DNA from: a virus
Lineage: Duplodnaviria; Caudoviricetes
Direction: 5' to 3' (one strand)
DNA: 62,391 bases
Virus record (IMG/VR): IMGVR_UViG_3300025392_000672
Coordinates: 1-62,391 of that record
A model generated the notes under the pieces. That model saw only the letters and a program-made list of their open reading frames with translations, made no database searches and was not told the origin of the DNA. Shown in pieces: positions 10,420 to 20,664 of the stretch. The stretch's first letter is position 1, and each line of letters begins with the position of its first letter. A program made the translations under genes and the position numbers.

Positions 10420-10433
10420 TATTTATTATTATT

Positions 10434-11204
10434 ATGTATCAAGTTAGAGGATATTTTAAACCAGAACAATTATTTCATACAATTTCCGAATGGGAAGATA
10501 TATGCTATGAATTTTTGGGTTTAGAAAAGAAAGGATTTGATACAAGAGGTGGTGAAATTTCATATTCTCCTCAATTAGTAGGACTTATCAACAAATACTT
10601 TGGTTATCAATTATATATTGAAACTGAGCAATATGTTGATTTGACAAGAAAAAAGGTATTGGATTTTATTGAAGATTTTGTAAACCATAGAATTTGGGGA
10701 ATGAAAGAAGAATTTAAACACTATCTTTCAGATATAGATAATGATAGAATAGCTTTCTTTTATTCCAGAGGAGCAATTGAACCATATGTTTTATTGAATG
10801 AACAATTTACTATGGATACCTATGGTAAAAATGATATTGAAGTGGAAACACTACATTGGACAAGTAAAGAAGGATTAATCAATATAGTAGATGGATTAAA
10901 AAATGGATATCAATTTGAGTTATCCACATTCACAACACAAGCAAAAGAATTTTTTAGACCAGAAAGTAATGTGTTGGTAAAGTTAAAAGGAACTTTAGTA
11001 GCTGCATTTAAATCAGATGCTAAAACATTTGCAACCGATAGAGGACATAGAGCAGCAAATATGTTCCGTTTATTTTATCCTGATAATGAAAGTAACTTAT
11101 GTAGAGATTGGACTAAGTGTTCGGAAGATAAAACTTCATTATGGAACGAAATAGTAATAAAACCAAAACAAGTTATAAGTTATAAAGAAATTAAAAAATA
11201 CTAA
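10434..11204 (+). CDS. Hypothetical protein
   Basis: 256-aa ORF in operon context; no family recognised. Confidence 0.65.
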   Translation: MYQVRGYFKPEQLFHTISEWEDICYEFLGLEKKGFDTRGGEISYSPQLVGLINKYFGYQLYIETEQYVDLTRKKVLDFIEDFVNHRIWGMKEEFKHYLSDIDNDRIAFFYSRGAIEPYVLLNEQFTMDTYGKNDIEVETLHWTSKEGLINIVDGLKNGYQFELSTFTTQAKEFFRPESNVLVKLKGTLVAAFKSDAKTFATDRGHRAANMFRLFYPDNESNLCRDWTKCSEDKTSLWNEIVIKPKQVISYKEIKKY

Positions 11205-11208
11205 TATT

Positions 11209-12063
11209 ATGTTATTAAAAAGAGGTGACAACAACGAAAATGTCAAACAATTACAAATCAAATTGGGATTAGACCCAATAGGTAACTTTGGACCTAAAAC
11301 CGAAGAAGCTGTAAAAGCATGGCAAGCTAAAAACGGATTAACAGCAGATGGTATCGTAGGTGATGGTACTTGGAATAAAATAATGGGAACAGCTTCAACA
11401 GCTGCACCAACTCCAACACCAGCTCCGGTAATAGCATCAGCAACTGTGGCTAACACAACTGGATTGAAATTAGATTCATTAAAAGGACATGTACCTGATA
11501 ATGTGATAGCAATGATTCCAGAAGTAGCATCTAAATTTGAAATCAACACTCCATTAAGATTAGCACACTTTTTAGCACAATGTGGACATGAAAGTGGTGG
11601 ATTCAAATTAACACAAGAGAACTTAAACTATTCAGCACAAGGTTTGAATGGTATATTTAGAAAGTATTTCCCAACAATTGATTCAGCAAATCCATACGCA
11701 AGAAACCCACAAAAGATTGCAAACAAAGTTTATAGCAATAGAATGGGTAATGGTGATGAAGCAAGTGGTGATGGTTGGAAGTATCACGGAAGAGGATTTA
11801 TCCAATTAACAGGAAAAGATAACTATGCAGCATTTGGTAAATCAATAGGAGCAGATACGGTTAGTAATCCTGATTTGGTAGCATCTCAATACGCATTAGC
11901 ATCAGCAGCTTGGTTCTTCAACAAAAACGGATTACATAAAATGGCAGATGGTGGAGCAAACGATGCAACTGTAACAGCAATTACTAAGAGAGTAAATGGC
12001 GGGACAATCGGAATCGTTGACCGTATAAATCATTTTAACGAATTTTACAAATTATTAGCATAA
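11209..12063 (+). CDS. Endolysin: peptidoglycan-binding domain plus GH19 domain
   Basis: N-terminal GNFGPKTEEAVKAWQ...ADGIVGDGTW (PG_binding_1); C-terminal AHFLAQCGHESGGF...ENLNYS...GRGFIQLTGKDNY...TKRVNGG (GH19). Confidence 0.92.
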   Translation: MLLKRGDNNENVKQLQIKLGLDPIGNFGPKTEEAVKAWQAKNGLTADGIVGDGTWNKIMGTASTAAPTPTPAPVIASATVANTTGLKLDSLKGHVPDNVIAMIPEVASKFEINTPLRLAHFLAQCGHESGGFKLTQENLNYSAQGLNGIFRKYFPTIDSANPYARNPQKIANKVYSNRMGNGDEASGDGWKYHGRGFIQLTGKDNYAAFGKSIGADTVSNPDLVASQYALASAAWFFNKNGLHKMADGGANDATVTAITKRVNGGTIGIVDRINHFNEFYKLLA

Positions 12064-12093
12064 TAATATTTATAGTATAAACAAAAAAAAACG

Positions 12094-12825
12094 ATGGGAA
12101 ATATTAAATTAACATCCTTATTAAAGGAAGAAAAGAAACAAAAGGTTGATGAACAACAAATAAACGAATTTGCTGGTGCAGAAGTAGCATTAATGACAAC
12201 TTTAGGAACGCTTATTACACTTGCTGCAGAAGTTTCTACTGGGGCTTTTAGTCCAGATGGTAAAGGTATAATTGGTAGTACAATTGATAATCTTAGAGAT
12301 GCATATGTAAAGGCTACAAAATTAAAACCAATTCTTGATAAGTTAGATAAAGACCCAGAAGTTCAACAATTTATCGAAGATAATATCAGAAAAATGGCAA
12401 ATATGGCAGGTGCATATAATGGTCAAAAATGGCATGAGGTGATTGATAAAAAACTTACTGATAAAGAAAAACAATATGCAGGTAAAATTTGGGCAACTGA
12501 TATACCATCATACAAAACTGGTGATAAAGATGCTATAATTGCAAAGCATGATGCTGCATTAAAACAAAAAGCAAAAGATAAAAAAGCGGCACAAAAACAA
12601 GCTGCAAAAGTTGGTAATGTTGATTTAGACCAAAAGATTAAAAATCCTGAAACTGATAATGATATTTCTTTAAAGAGTGCATTGGGGTATGATAAAGATA
12701 GTGTAGTTTACAAAGCAGCAGTTCAAAAGATACAAAAAGATAAAGGTAATGATGGTGAGCAAAAACCACAAGAACCTGTAAAAGGAGCATCGATGTTTGA
12801 TAAAAAATATAAAGATAAAAGATAA
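12094..12825 (+). CDS. Hypothetical protein with IKLxxLLKE leader (putative head-packaged protein)
   Basis: MGNIKLTSLLKEE N-terminus, hydrophobic segment, KIKNPET...SALGY module. Confidence 0.6.
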   Translation: MGNIKLTSLLKEEKKQKVDEQQINEFAGAEVALMTTLGTLITLAAEVSTGAFSPDGKGIIGSTIDNLRDAYVKATKLKPILDKLDKDPEVQQFIEDNIRKMANMAGAYNGQKWHEVIDKKLTDKEKQYAGKIWATDIPSYKTGDKDAIIAKHDAALKQKAKDKKAAQKQAAKVGNVDLDQKIKNPETDNDISLKSALGYDKDSVVYKAAVQKIQKDKGNDGEQKPQEPVKGASMFDKKYKDKR

Positions 12826-12827
12826 AT

Positions 12828-12858
12828 AAAAGGGAGTTAAATACTCCCTTTTTTATTT
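12828..12858 (+). terminator. Intrinsic terminator
   Basis: AAAAGGGAGT-TAAAT-ACTCCCTTTT followed by a T-rich tail. Confidence 0.8.
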
Positions 12859-12946
12859 GGTAATATTAGATATTTTTTGTATTTTTAAATAAATCTCAAA
12901 CCTATATTAGTATTGAATTTGCTTATAAAATATACTTTAAAAAACA

Positions 12947-12978
12947 TTTGGAAAGTCCAACAATTTGGTGTATATTTG
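12947..12978 (+). promoter_or_regulatory. Bacteroidota-type promoter for the SSB/recombination operon
   Basis: TTTG-N20-TATATTTG. A weaker copy lies at 12856-12887 and an ATATTTATA motif at 12989. Confidence 0.75.
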
Positions 12979-13065
12979 TAATCTCTTAATATTTATATAC
13001 CTAGAGGGTGAAGGAAACTCACCTAAATAAAACCTTAAAACATAAACATTTAAAACCTTAAAACA

Positions 13066-13890
13066 ATGGCTATTAATTTAGACGCAATCAGAGGTAGACT
13101 GAACAAACTACAAAGCACAACTTCCAAAAAAGTAGAACTTTGGAAACCAGCACCGGGCAAACACACTATTCGTTTAGTCCCTTACAAATTCAACAAAGAG
13201 AATCCTTTCATTGAATTGTATTTTCACTACAACATTAACAACAAATCTTACTTATCTCCAATGAGTTTTGGTAGACCTGACCCTATCGTTGAGTTTGCTG
13301 ATAAACTTAAAAGAATGGGTGATAAAGAAGATTGGAAAGCTGCTAAGAAAATGGAGCCGAAACTTAGAACATTCGTACCAGTATTGGTAAGAGGTGAAGA
13401 AGGTGAAGGTGTAAGATTCTGGGGCTTTGGAAAGACTGTATATCAAGAAATTCTTGGTTATATAGCAGACCCTGATTATGGTGATATTACTGACCCAAAT
13501 GAAGGTAGAGACATTACTGTTGAAATTGTATCAGCAGAGGACAGTGGTACTTCTTACCCTGTAACAACAATCCGTGTTAAACCTAAAGAAACTCCTTTAG
13601 CAACAACTAAAGAAGAAACGGACAAATTCCTTAACGGACAAACTGAAATTACCGAACTTTACCAAGAGTTGACTTATTCAGAATTGAAAAATGTATTAGA
13701 AGGTTGGTTAAACCCATCAGCAGGTGAAAGTGAAGAATCAGCAGCAACTGAAACTTTATCTTCAACAACTTCAAAAGATGAAGCACCATTTGATGTAGAT
13801 GAACCAAAAGCAGCTACGGCAGCACCTAAAGCATCACCTAAGAAAGTAGATGATGTAGCATCGGCATTCGATGACCTTTTCAATAACTAA
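13066..13890 (+). CDS. Single-stranded DNA-binding protein (T4 gp32-like)
   Basis: WKP..G...IRLVP, FWGFGKTVY, YGDITDPNEGRDI; acidic tail ending AFDDLFNN; upstream of recA. Confidence 0.85.
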   Translation: MAINLDAIRGRLNKLQSTTSKKVELWKPAPGKHTIRLVPYKFNKENPFIELYFHYNINNKSYLSPMSFGRPDPIVEFADKLKRMGDKEDWKAAKKMEPKLRTFVPVLVRGEEGEGVRFWGFGKTVYQEILGYIADPDYGDITDPNEGRDITVEIVSAEDSGTSYPVTTIRVKPKETPLATTKEETDKFLNGQTEITELYQELTYSELKNVLEGWLNPSAGESEESAATETLSSTTSKDEAPFDVDEPKAATAAPKASPKKVDDVASAFDDLFNN

Positions 13891-13903
13891 TAAGTAAACA
13901 AAT

Positions 13904-15025
13904 ATGGCTAAAGCAACTAAAGAGGTAGACTTAGCAGAAGTGCTAGCGGACTCCTTAAACAAACAATCAAAAGACCAAAAGGTAGCATTCTTTTTGGATA
14001 ACAATGACTCCCCTACAAACGTAGAAGGTTGGGTATCAACTGGAGCATCAATGTTAGATGTGGCTATCTCAAATCGCCCTTATGGTGGTTTACCTGTTGG
14101 AAGAATCACCGAAATTACGGGATTAGAACAAAGTGGTAAATCATTAGTATCAGCTCACTTACTTGCCGAAACACAAAAGTTAGGTGGTATTGCAGTGTTG
14201 ATTGATACTGAGAACGCCGTAAGTAGAGAGTTCTTAGAAGCCATTGGAGTAGATACAACCAAATTACTTTATGTAGCAGCTGAGACTGTTGAACAATGTT
14301 TCGAATATACTGAAACTATTATCGAGAAGGTAAGAACTTCCTCTAAAGATAAGTATGTAACAATCGTTGTGGATTCGGTAGCAGCAGCATCAACTGAAAA
14401 GGAGATGGAAGCTGATTATGGTAAAGATGGTTACGCTACTGATAAAGCAATTATCATTTCCAAAGCAATGCGTAAAATCACAAATCTTATTGGTAGACAG
14501 AAAATAACTCTAGTATTTACTAACCAATTAAGACAGAAGATGAACGCAATGCCATTCTCTGACCCTTGGACTACATCGGGTGGTAAAGCAATCGCTTTCC
14601 ATGCTTCGGTTCGTTTAAGATTAAAGAGTATGGGAACGATTAAAGCGAAAGAAAATGGTAACGATAGAATCGTAGGTATTAAAGTAAGATGTCAGGTTGT
14701 AAAGAATAGAATGGGACCACCATTACGTTCAGCAGATTTCGATATCTTCTTTGATAGAGGTATTGATAACTACGGAGCTTGGTTGGGTATGATGAAAGAA
14801 AACGGAATCGTAAAACAAAGTGGTGCTTGGTATGAGTACACTGATATTGAAAGTGGTGAGGTAATTAAATTCCAAGCCAAAGATTTCCCTTCTACATTGG
14901 AAAACAATCAGGATGTTAAAGAGCAAATTTATAAAAGAATTTGTGAGGCAACAATTTTACAATACAAAAAAGATTCACTAGACTCTGATAACTTAGTAGT
15001 AGATTCAGAAGTAATTGGTGATTAA
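13904..15025 (+). CDS. recA: RecA/UvsX-family recombinase
   Basis: GGLPVGRITEITGLEQSGKS Walker A, IVVDSVAA Walker B, FTNQLR, TTSGGKAIAFHASVRL, VVKNR, GAWY. Confidence 0.93.
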   Translation: MAKATKEVDLAEVLADSLNKQSKDQKVAFFLDNNDSPTNVEGWVSTGASMLDVAISNRPYGGLPVGRITEITGLEQSGKSLVSAHLLAETQKLGGIAVLIDTENAVSREFLEAIGVDTTKLLYVAAETVEQCFEYTETIIEKVRTSSKDKYVTIVVDSVAAASTEKEMEADYGKDGYATDKAIIISKAMRKITNLIGRQKITLVFTNQLRQKMNAMPFSDPWTTSGGKAIAFHASVRLRLKSMGTIKAKENGNDRIVGIKVRCQVVKNRMGPPLRSADFDIFFDRGIDNYGAWLGMMKENGIVKQSGAWYEYTDIESGEVIKFQAKDFPSTLENNQDVKEQIYKRICEATILQYKKDSLDSDNLVVDSEVIGD

Positions 15026-15042
15026 TAAAGGTTACAAAAAAT

Positions 15043-16086
15043 ATGAAAGAACTATACAAAAAATTACTTAATGAAGTTGAAACAGAACATGAATCCAACG
15101 CCCAAAGGGTAAGGAATGGTAGAGTTCTTGTCATAGATGGACTTAATACCTTCATCCGTAGTTGGACTACCAATCCTACAATGAATGAGGATGGGGAGCA
15201 TACGGGTGGAGTTATTGGTTCATTAAATTCAATCGGTTCACAAATTAGACAATTTAATCCAACTAGAGTAGTTCTTGTCTTTGATGGTAAGGGTGGCTCT
15301 AAAGGAAGAAAAGAAGTATTTGAAGGATATAAATCAGAAAGAGGTAAGAATCGTTTTAGAGTTAATAGACAATATCCTGAAATGATGACACAGGAAGATG
15401 AGCAACTTTCAATGAAACGCCAATTTGTTTGGTTAGTTGATTTGTTAGATTCCCTTCCAATTACAACAATGATATATGATGGAATTGAAGCCGATGATGT
15501 GATAGCTAATATAGCTAAGCAAGTATTGGGTGAAGATGAAGAATGTATCATAGTATCAACGGATAAAGATTTCTTACAATTAGTAGATGATAAGACTAAA
15601 GTTTATTCACCAACTAAAAAGAAACTTTATGATAGAGAGATGGTAAAAGCAGAATGGGGAATGTACCCACAAAATCTTTTATTGTTTAGAACATTGGATG
15701 GTGATAACTCAGATAATATTCCTGGCGTTAAAGGATGTGGTTTAAAGACTGTACTAAAAAGATTCCCTGAATTATCAGAAGATAGATTAGTTACCTTTGA
15801 TGAGTTCTTTGATATATGTGAATCTAAAAAAGATGATGCTAAAATATACGCTGATATCATTTCACAAAAGAAAGAGGTATTAAGAAATAGACAAATCATG
15901 CAATTAGAAGAAGCACATATCAATACAAATCAAAAACTTAAGATATTAGACCGTTTCAACGAACCTAATAAAAAGTTTGATAAGATGGATTTTATTAAAG
16001 CAGCAATGAAATATAAGATACTTCAAAATTGGAAAGACATTAACGATTGGTTAAAAAGCACATACACAAATATAATAGTAAAATAG
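15043..16086 (+). CDS. 5'-3' exonuclease/flap endonuclease (T4 RNase H / Pol I N-terminal type)
   Basis: LVIDGLN, VFDG, YKSER, EADDVIA, STDKDFLQL, GDNSDNIPGVKGCGLKT. Confidence 0.93.
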   Translation: MKELYKKLLNEVETEHESNAQRVRNGRVLVIDGLNTFIRSWTTNPTMNEDGEHTGGVIGSLNSIGSQIRQFNPTRVVLVFDGKGGSKGRKEVFEGYKSERGKNRFRVNRQYPEMMTQEDEQLSMKRQFVWLVDLLDSLPITTMIYDGIEADDVIANIAKQVLGEDEECIIVSTDKDFLQLVDDKTKVYSPTKKKLYDREMVKAEWGMYPQNLLLFRTLDGDNSDNIPGVKGCGLKTVLKRFPELSEDRLVTFDEFFDICESKKDDAKIYADIISQKKEVLRNRQIMQLEEAHINTNQKLKILDRFNEPNKKFDKMDFIKAAMKYKILQNWKDINDWLKSTYTNIIVK

Positions 16087-17481
16087 ATGGCAGAGCAAGT
16101 AGATACACTCTCTAAATATGGGCAATCGTTTCAAGCTAAAGTAATATCTGCTTTACTTACCGATGTTAGAATGATGGACACATTGTGCGAAATCATTGAT
16201 AAGAAATTCTTCGAATCAGATGCTAACAAATGGATAGTACAAGAGATTAAAGATTATTACGATGAGTATAAGAAAGAACCTACCTTAGATGTATTCAAAG
16301 TTCAGGTATCAAAGTTGGATAATAGTTCTCTTAAGAAAGCAGTAGTAGACCAACTTAAAGTAGTTTACACACAAATTGGACAAGATGACTTTGAATATGT
16401 GAAGAATGAGTTCACATCATTTTGTATCAACCAAAATATGAAAAATGTAATTCTACAATCAGTAGATTTACTTAAATCAGGAAACTACGATAGAATCAAA
16501 GACTTAGTTGATAAGGCTATGAAAGTTGGAGTTGAATCGGATTTAGGCATGGATTACCTTTTAGATTTTGAAGAAAGATTTAGTGAGACTGGTAGAGAGA
16601 CTGTTAAGACGGGATGGGATTGTATAGATGATTTAATGGATGGTGGAATTGGACCCGGTGAATTGGGAGTAGTAGTGGCGCCTTCTGGTGTTGGTAAGAG
16701 TTGGATGTTAGCGTGTTTAGGAGCAGCAGCTGTAAGAGCTGGTAAGACCGTAGTACATTATACATTGGAACTTTCACAACATTATGTAGGATTGAGATAC
16801 GATACGGTATTTACACACATTCCTTCAAACGAACTTAAGGAAAAGAAAGAGGAAGTATTGCATAAACTTAAAAGATTATCTGGTAAGTTGAAGATTAAAT
16901 ACTATCCACCTAAAGGAGCATCATCAAAAACAATTCAACTTCATATTGAAAAGATGATAGCGGCTGGTAATAAACCCGATTTAATTATTGTGGATTATGC
17001 TGACTTGTTATTATCACATTCAAATAAAACCGATAGTACATACGCTGAGCAAGGTGGAGTATATATTGATTTAAGAGGTATGAGTGGTGAATTGCAAATA
17101 CCAATTTGGACAGCATCACAAACAAATCGTTCAGCAATTGATAGTGAGGTTATTGAAGCAGATAAGATAGCAGATTCTTACGCTAAAGTAATGAACGCCG
17201 ATTTTATTATGAGTTTGAGTAGGAAAGCAAAAGATAAATTAAATAATACGGCTAGGGTACACATTATGAAGAATCGTTTTGGAGCAGATGGTTTGACCTT
17301 CCCATCCAAAATGGACACAAATACTGGAACTTTAGAGGTATATGCAGCAACTTCTTCCGAAGGTATCATAGCATCAAAAGAAAGTGCTAATGGTGCAGAG
17401 ATGGAAAGACAAATGTTACATAAAAAATATATGGATGCAATGCCAGGTACTAAACCACCGATTGTATCTGGATTAGGTTAA
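16087..17481 (+). CDS. Replicative DnaB/gp41-like helicase
   Basis: APSGVGKS Walker A, YTLEL, IIVDYADLL, WTASQTNR, MKNRFG. Confidence 0.92.
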   Translation: MAEQVDTLSKYGQSFQAKVISALLTDVRMMDTLCEIIDKKFFESDANKWIVQEIKDYYDEYKKEPTLDVFKVQVSKLDNSSLKKAVVDQLKVVYTQIGQDDFEYVKNEFTSFCINQNMKNVILQSVDLLKSGNYDRIKDLVDKAMKVGVESDLGMDYLLDFEERFSETGRETVKTGWDCIDDLMDGGIGPGELGVVVAPSGVGKSWMLACLGAAAVRAGKTVVHYTLELSQHYVGLRYDTVFTHIPSNELKEKKEEVLHKLKRLSGKLKIKYYPPKGASSKTIQLHIEKMIAAGNKPDLIIVDYADLLLSHSNKTDSTYAEQGGVYIDLRGMSGELQIPIWTASQTNRSAIDSEVIEADKIADSYAKVMNADFIMSLSRKAKDKLNNTARVHIMKNRFGADGLTFPSKMDTNTGTLEVYAATSSEGIIASKESANGAEMERQMLHKKYMDAMPGTKPPIVSGLG

Positions 17482-17506
17482 TATTAACAATTAAAAAACA
17501 AAAACT

Positions 17507-17680
17507 ATGAACAGTCAACAATTATTTGACCAAATGAAAGCTTTGTTCACAACATTTGAAGCAGAGCACAATGGAACTAAGAAAGTAAACAAATCAAGAG
17601 CTAGAAAAGCAATTGGTGAATTGAAGAAATTAGTAACTGCTTATAAGAAAGCTTCAACAGAAGAGCAAAAAGCGGCATAA
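17507..17680 (+). CDS. Small basic histone-H1-like (Hc1-family-like) protein, 57 aa; not in the ORF track
   Basis: My translation: MNSQQLFDQMKALFTTFEAEHNGTKKVNKSRARKAIGELKKLVTAYKKASTEEQKAA*. The RARKA..ELKKL...Y+K.S pattern resembles Bacteroidota 'histone H1' (Hc1) proteins. Confidence 0.7.
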   Translation: MNSQQLFDQMKALFTTFEAEHNGTKKVNKSRARKAIGELKKLVTAYKKASTEEQKAA

Positions 17681-17685
17681 TATGA

Positions 17686-17705
17686 TAGGGGTGGAAACAC
17701 CCCTA
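17686..17705 (+). terminator. GNRA-capped hairpin (possible terminator or processing site)
   Basis: Perfect 8-bp stem TAGGGGTG-GAAA-CACCCCTA; weak U-tract. Confidence 0.5.
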
Positions 17706-17835
17706 CCTATATGTTTTAATAGACATTAATAACAACAGACAAAAATATTAAAAATATTTGTAGATTTGGGAATGGTTTGTGAGTATATATTGTATTTATA
17801 TTCACCCCAAAGAACTTACAAAATTAGATTACACT

Positions 17836-18849
17836 ATGAGCAAATTATTTACTGAGAGAATCCCTTTTAAACCATTTGAATATCCGGATTACTATAATGA
17901 AGGTTGGTTGAAGCAAATGCAAGCATTTTGGTTACATACCGAAATACCAATGCAGGGAGATGTTAAGGACTGGAACGAAAACTTAACAAAAGAAGAAAAA
18001 CATTTAGTAGGTAATATACTTTTAGGATTCGCTCAAACCGAATGTGCAGTATCAGACTATTGGACTGGTATGGTTACTAGATGGTTTCCAAAACATGAGA
18101 TTAGACAAATGGCAATGGCATTTGGTTCTCAAGAAACAATACATTCAGTAGCATATTCGTATTTAAACGAAACATTAGGATTAGATGACTTCGCAGGTTT
18201 TTTACATGATGAAGTTATGAAAGAGAGATTTGAATTACTAACAAACACAACCGCAGATTGGACACCTGAAGATTTGAAAACAAATCATAAGGCTAGAGTT
18301 GAGGTTGCTCGTTCACTTGCTATCTTTTCGGCATTTGCAGAAGGTGTGGCATTATACTCATCATTCGCTGTATTATATTCTTTCCAAATGAGAAATCTAT
18401 TGAAAGGAATTGGACAACAAATGAAATGGAGTGTTAGAGATGAGTCACTACACTCAAAGATGGGTTGTCAATTATTCAGACATATGTGTGAAGAATTTCC
18501 TGAATTGTTAGAGGAAGCTAAAGCTGATATCTACAAAGCAGCTGAAATGATTAGAGATTTAGAGCATAAATTTATTGATAAGATTTTTGAAATGGGTGAT
18601 TTGGAGAATCTTAAAAAGAATGACCTAAAAGAATTTATTACTAAAAGAGTTAATGAAAAGTTAGCAGAGTTAGGATATAACCCAATTAAAGGGGGTGATG
18701 ACTACTTTGAATTTAACGAAAAGAAAGCAGCAGAATTAGATTGGTTCTACCATCTTACTGGGGGTGTTACCCACACCGATTTCTTCGCAATGAGACCTAC
18801 TGATTATAGTAAGGCTGGTGAAGGAGAAAATTGGGATGACATTTTTTAA
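17836..18849 (+). CDS. nrdB: Ribonucleotide reductase class Ia beta subunit
   Basis: FWLHTEIPM..DVKDW, QETIHSVAYS, EGVALYSSF, RDESLHS, HTDFF. ATG 17836 preferred over the upstream GTG. Confidence 0.93.
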   Translation: MSKLFTERIPFKPFEYPDYYNEGWLKQMQAFWLHTEIPMQGDVKDWNENLTKEEKHLVGNILLGFAQTECAVSDYWTGMVTRWFPKHEIRQMAMAFGSQETIHSVAYSYLNETLGLDDFAGFLHDEVMKERFELLTNTTADWTPEDLKTNHKARVEVARSLAIFSAFAEGVALYSSFAVLYSFQMRNLLKGIGQQMKWSVRDESLHSKMGCQLFRHMCEEFPELLEEAKADIYKAAEMIRDLEHKFIDKIFEMGDLENLKKNDLKEFITKRVNEKLAELGYNPIKGGDDYFEFNEKKAAELDWFYHLTGGVTHTDFFAMRPTDYSKAGEGENWDDIF

Positions 18850-18865
18850 AAACAATTTATAGATT

Positions 18866-20644
18866 ATGAAATATTACGGCGAAGAATTTGGCTGGGAAAT
18901 TGGTGTTGATTACCCTGAATGGGCTAATACCGAAATATATGTAAAGACCATTTCAAAAGGTTATTTACAAGCGGGCGAAAAGCCAAAAGATGCATATTGG
19001 AGAGTAGCAACTGCCGTAGCAAAAAGATTGGGTAAACCACAATTAGCAACTAAGTTCTTCGATTATATATGGAAGGGATGGTTATGTTTAGCAACACCTG
19101 TATTATCAAATACTGGAACTGATAGAGGATTACCTATTAGTTGTTTTGGTATTGATGTTGGTGATAGTATCTTTGAGATTGGTAACAAAAACTTAGAGTT
19201 AATGTTATTAGCAAAGCATGGTGGTGGTGTTGGTATTGGTATTAATATGATTAGACCGGCTGGTAGTAAAATTACTGGTAATGGTACATCGGATGGTGTA
19301 GTTCCATTTATTAAAATCTATGATTCAACTATCCTCGCTACAAATCAGGGTTCAGTTCGTAGAGGAGCAGCATCGGTTAATATTAAAATTGACCATAAAG
19401 ATTTTGAAGATTTCTTAGAAGTAAGAGAACCAAAAGGAGATGTAAATAGACAATCATTAAACTTACATCAATGCGTTGTAGTTAGTGATAGATTTATGAG
19501 AAAGTTAGAAGAAGGTGATAGTGAGGCTAGAAGAAAGTGGGGTAAGTTATTACAAAAAAGAAAAGCAACTGGAGAACCATACATTATGTTTAAGGGAAAT
19601 GTAAACAAACAAAACCCTGAAATGTATAAGAAGAACGGATTGAAAGTACATATGACTAACATTTGTTCTGAAATTGTTTTACATACTGACGAACAACATT
19701 CATTTGTTTGTTGTTTAAGTTCTTTAAACTTAGCAAAATACGATGAGTGGAAAGATACTGATTTGATTTATACTTCAACAATTTTCTTAGATGGTGTATT
19801 GGAAGAATTTATCCAAAGAGCTAAGAATATGAGAGGATTTGAAAATGCAGTTCGTTCAGCAGAAAGAGGTAGAGCATTAGGTATTGGTGTATTGGGATGG
19901 CATACTTACTTACAACAAAAAGGATTACCATTTGAAGGTTTACAAGCTCAATTTGAAACTCGTAAAATTTTCTCTCAATTAAAGATTGAAAGTGAAAGAG
20001 CAAGTAGAGATATGGCTAAAGAATACGGAGAACCTTTATGGTGTAAAGAAAGTGGTATGAGAAATACACACTTAAGAGCAATCGCACCTACGGTATCAAA
20101 CTCTAAGTTGAGTGGTAACGTAAGTAGTGGTATTGAACCTTGGGCAGCTAATGTATTTACTGAGCAAACATCAAAAGGAACTTTCATTAGAAAAAATCCT
20201 GAATTAAAAAGAGTATTAAAGAAAATTGGATTTGATACTAAAGAAACTTGGGACAAGATTTTAGCAGATGGTGGTTCGGTATTAGGATTGGATTTCTTAG
20301 ATGAGTGGTGTTATGTTGATGGAAAGATTGTAGAATGCAAAGAAGTAGAGGGAGATGTACAACATAAATGTACATCGGTTAAAGATGTATTCAAAACATT
20401 CAAAGAAATTAATCAATTAGATTTAGTTAGACAAGCAGGTGTTAGACAGCAATATATAGACCAAGCGGTTTCATTGAATTTAGCATTTCCAGCAATAGCT
20501 GACCCTAAGTGGATTAATCAAGTACACTTAGAAGCTTGGAAGCAAGGAGTTAAGACGTTATATTATATGAGAACTGAATCAGTATTAAGAGGAGATATAG
20601 CTCAACAAGCTATGAACCCTGACTGTGTAAGTTGTGAAGCATAA
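18866..20644 (+). CDS. nrdA: Ribonucleotide reductase class I alpha subunit (no ATP cone)
   Basis: ISCF, GGGVG, QGSVRRGA, TNICSEI (NxCxE), APTVSNS, KTLYY, C-terminal CVSC. Confidence 0.93.
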   Translation: MKYYGEEFGWEIGVDYPEWANTEIYVKTISKGYLQAGEKPKDAYWRVATAVAKRLGKPQLATKFFDYIWKGWLCLATPVLSNTGTDRGLPISCFGIDVGDSIFEIGNKNLELMLLAKHGGGVGIGINMIRPAGSKITGNGTSDGVVPFIKIYDSTILATNQGSVRRGAASVNIKIDHKDFEDFLEVREPKGDVNRQSLNLHQCVVVSDRFMRKLEEGDSEARRKWGKLLQKRKATGEPYIMFKGNVNKQNPEMYKKNGLKVHMTNICSEIVLHTDEQHSFVCCLSSLNLAKYDEWKDTDLIYTSTIFLDGVLEEFIQRAKNMRGFENAVRSAERGRALGIGVLGWHTYLQQKGLPFEGLQAQFETRKIFSQLKIESERASRDMAKEYGEPLWCKESGMRNTHLRAIAPTVSNSKLSGNVSSGIEPWAANVFTEQTSKGTFIRKNPELKRVLKKIGFDTKETWDKILADGGSVLGLDFLDEWCYVDGKIVECKEVEGDVQHKCTSVKDVFKTFKEINQLDLVRQAGVRQQYIDQAVSLNLAFPAIADPKWINQVHLEAWKQGVKTLYYMRTESVLRGDIAQQAMNPDCVSCEA

Positions 20645-20664
20645 ACAATTAAAAACAAAAGAAG

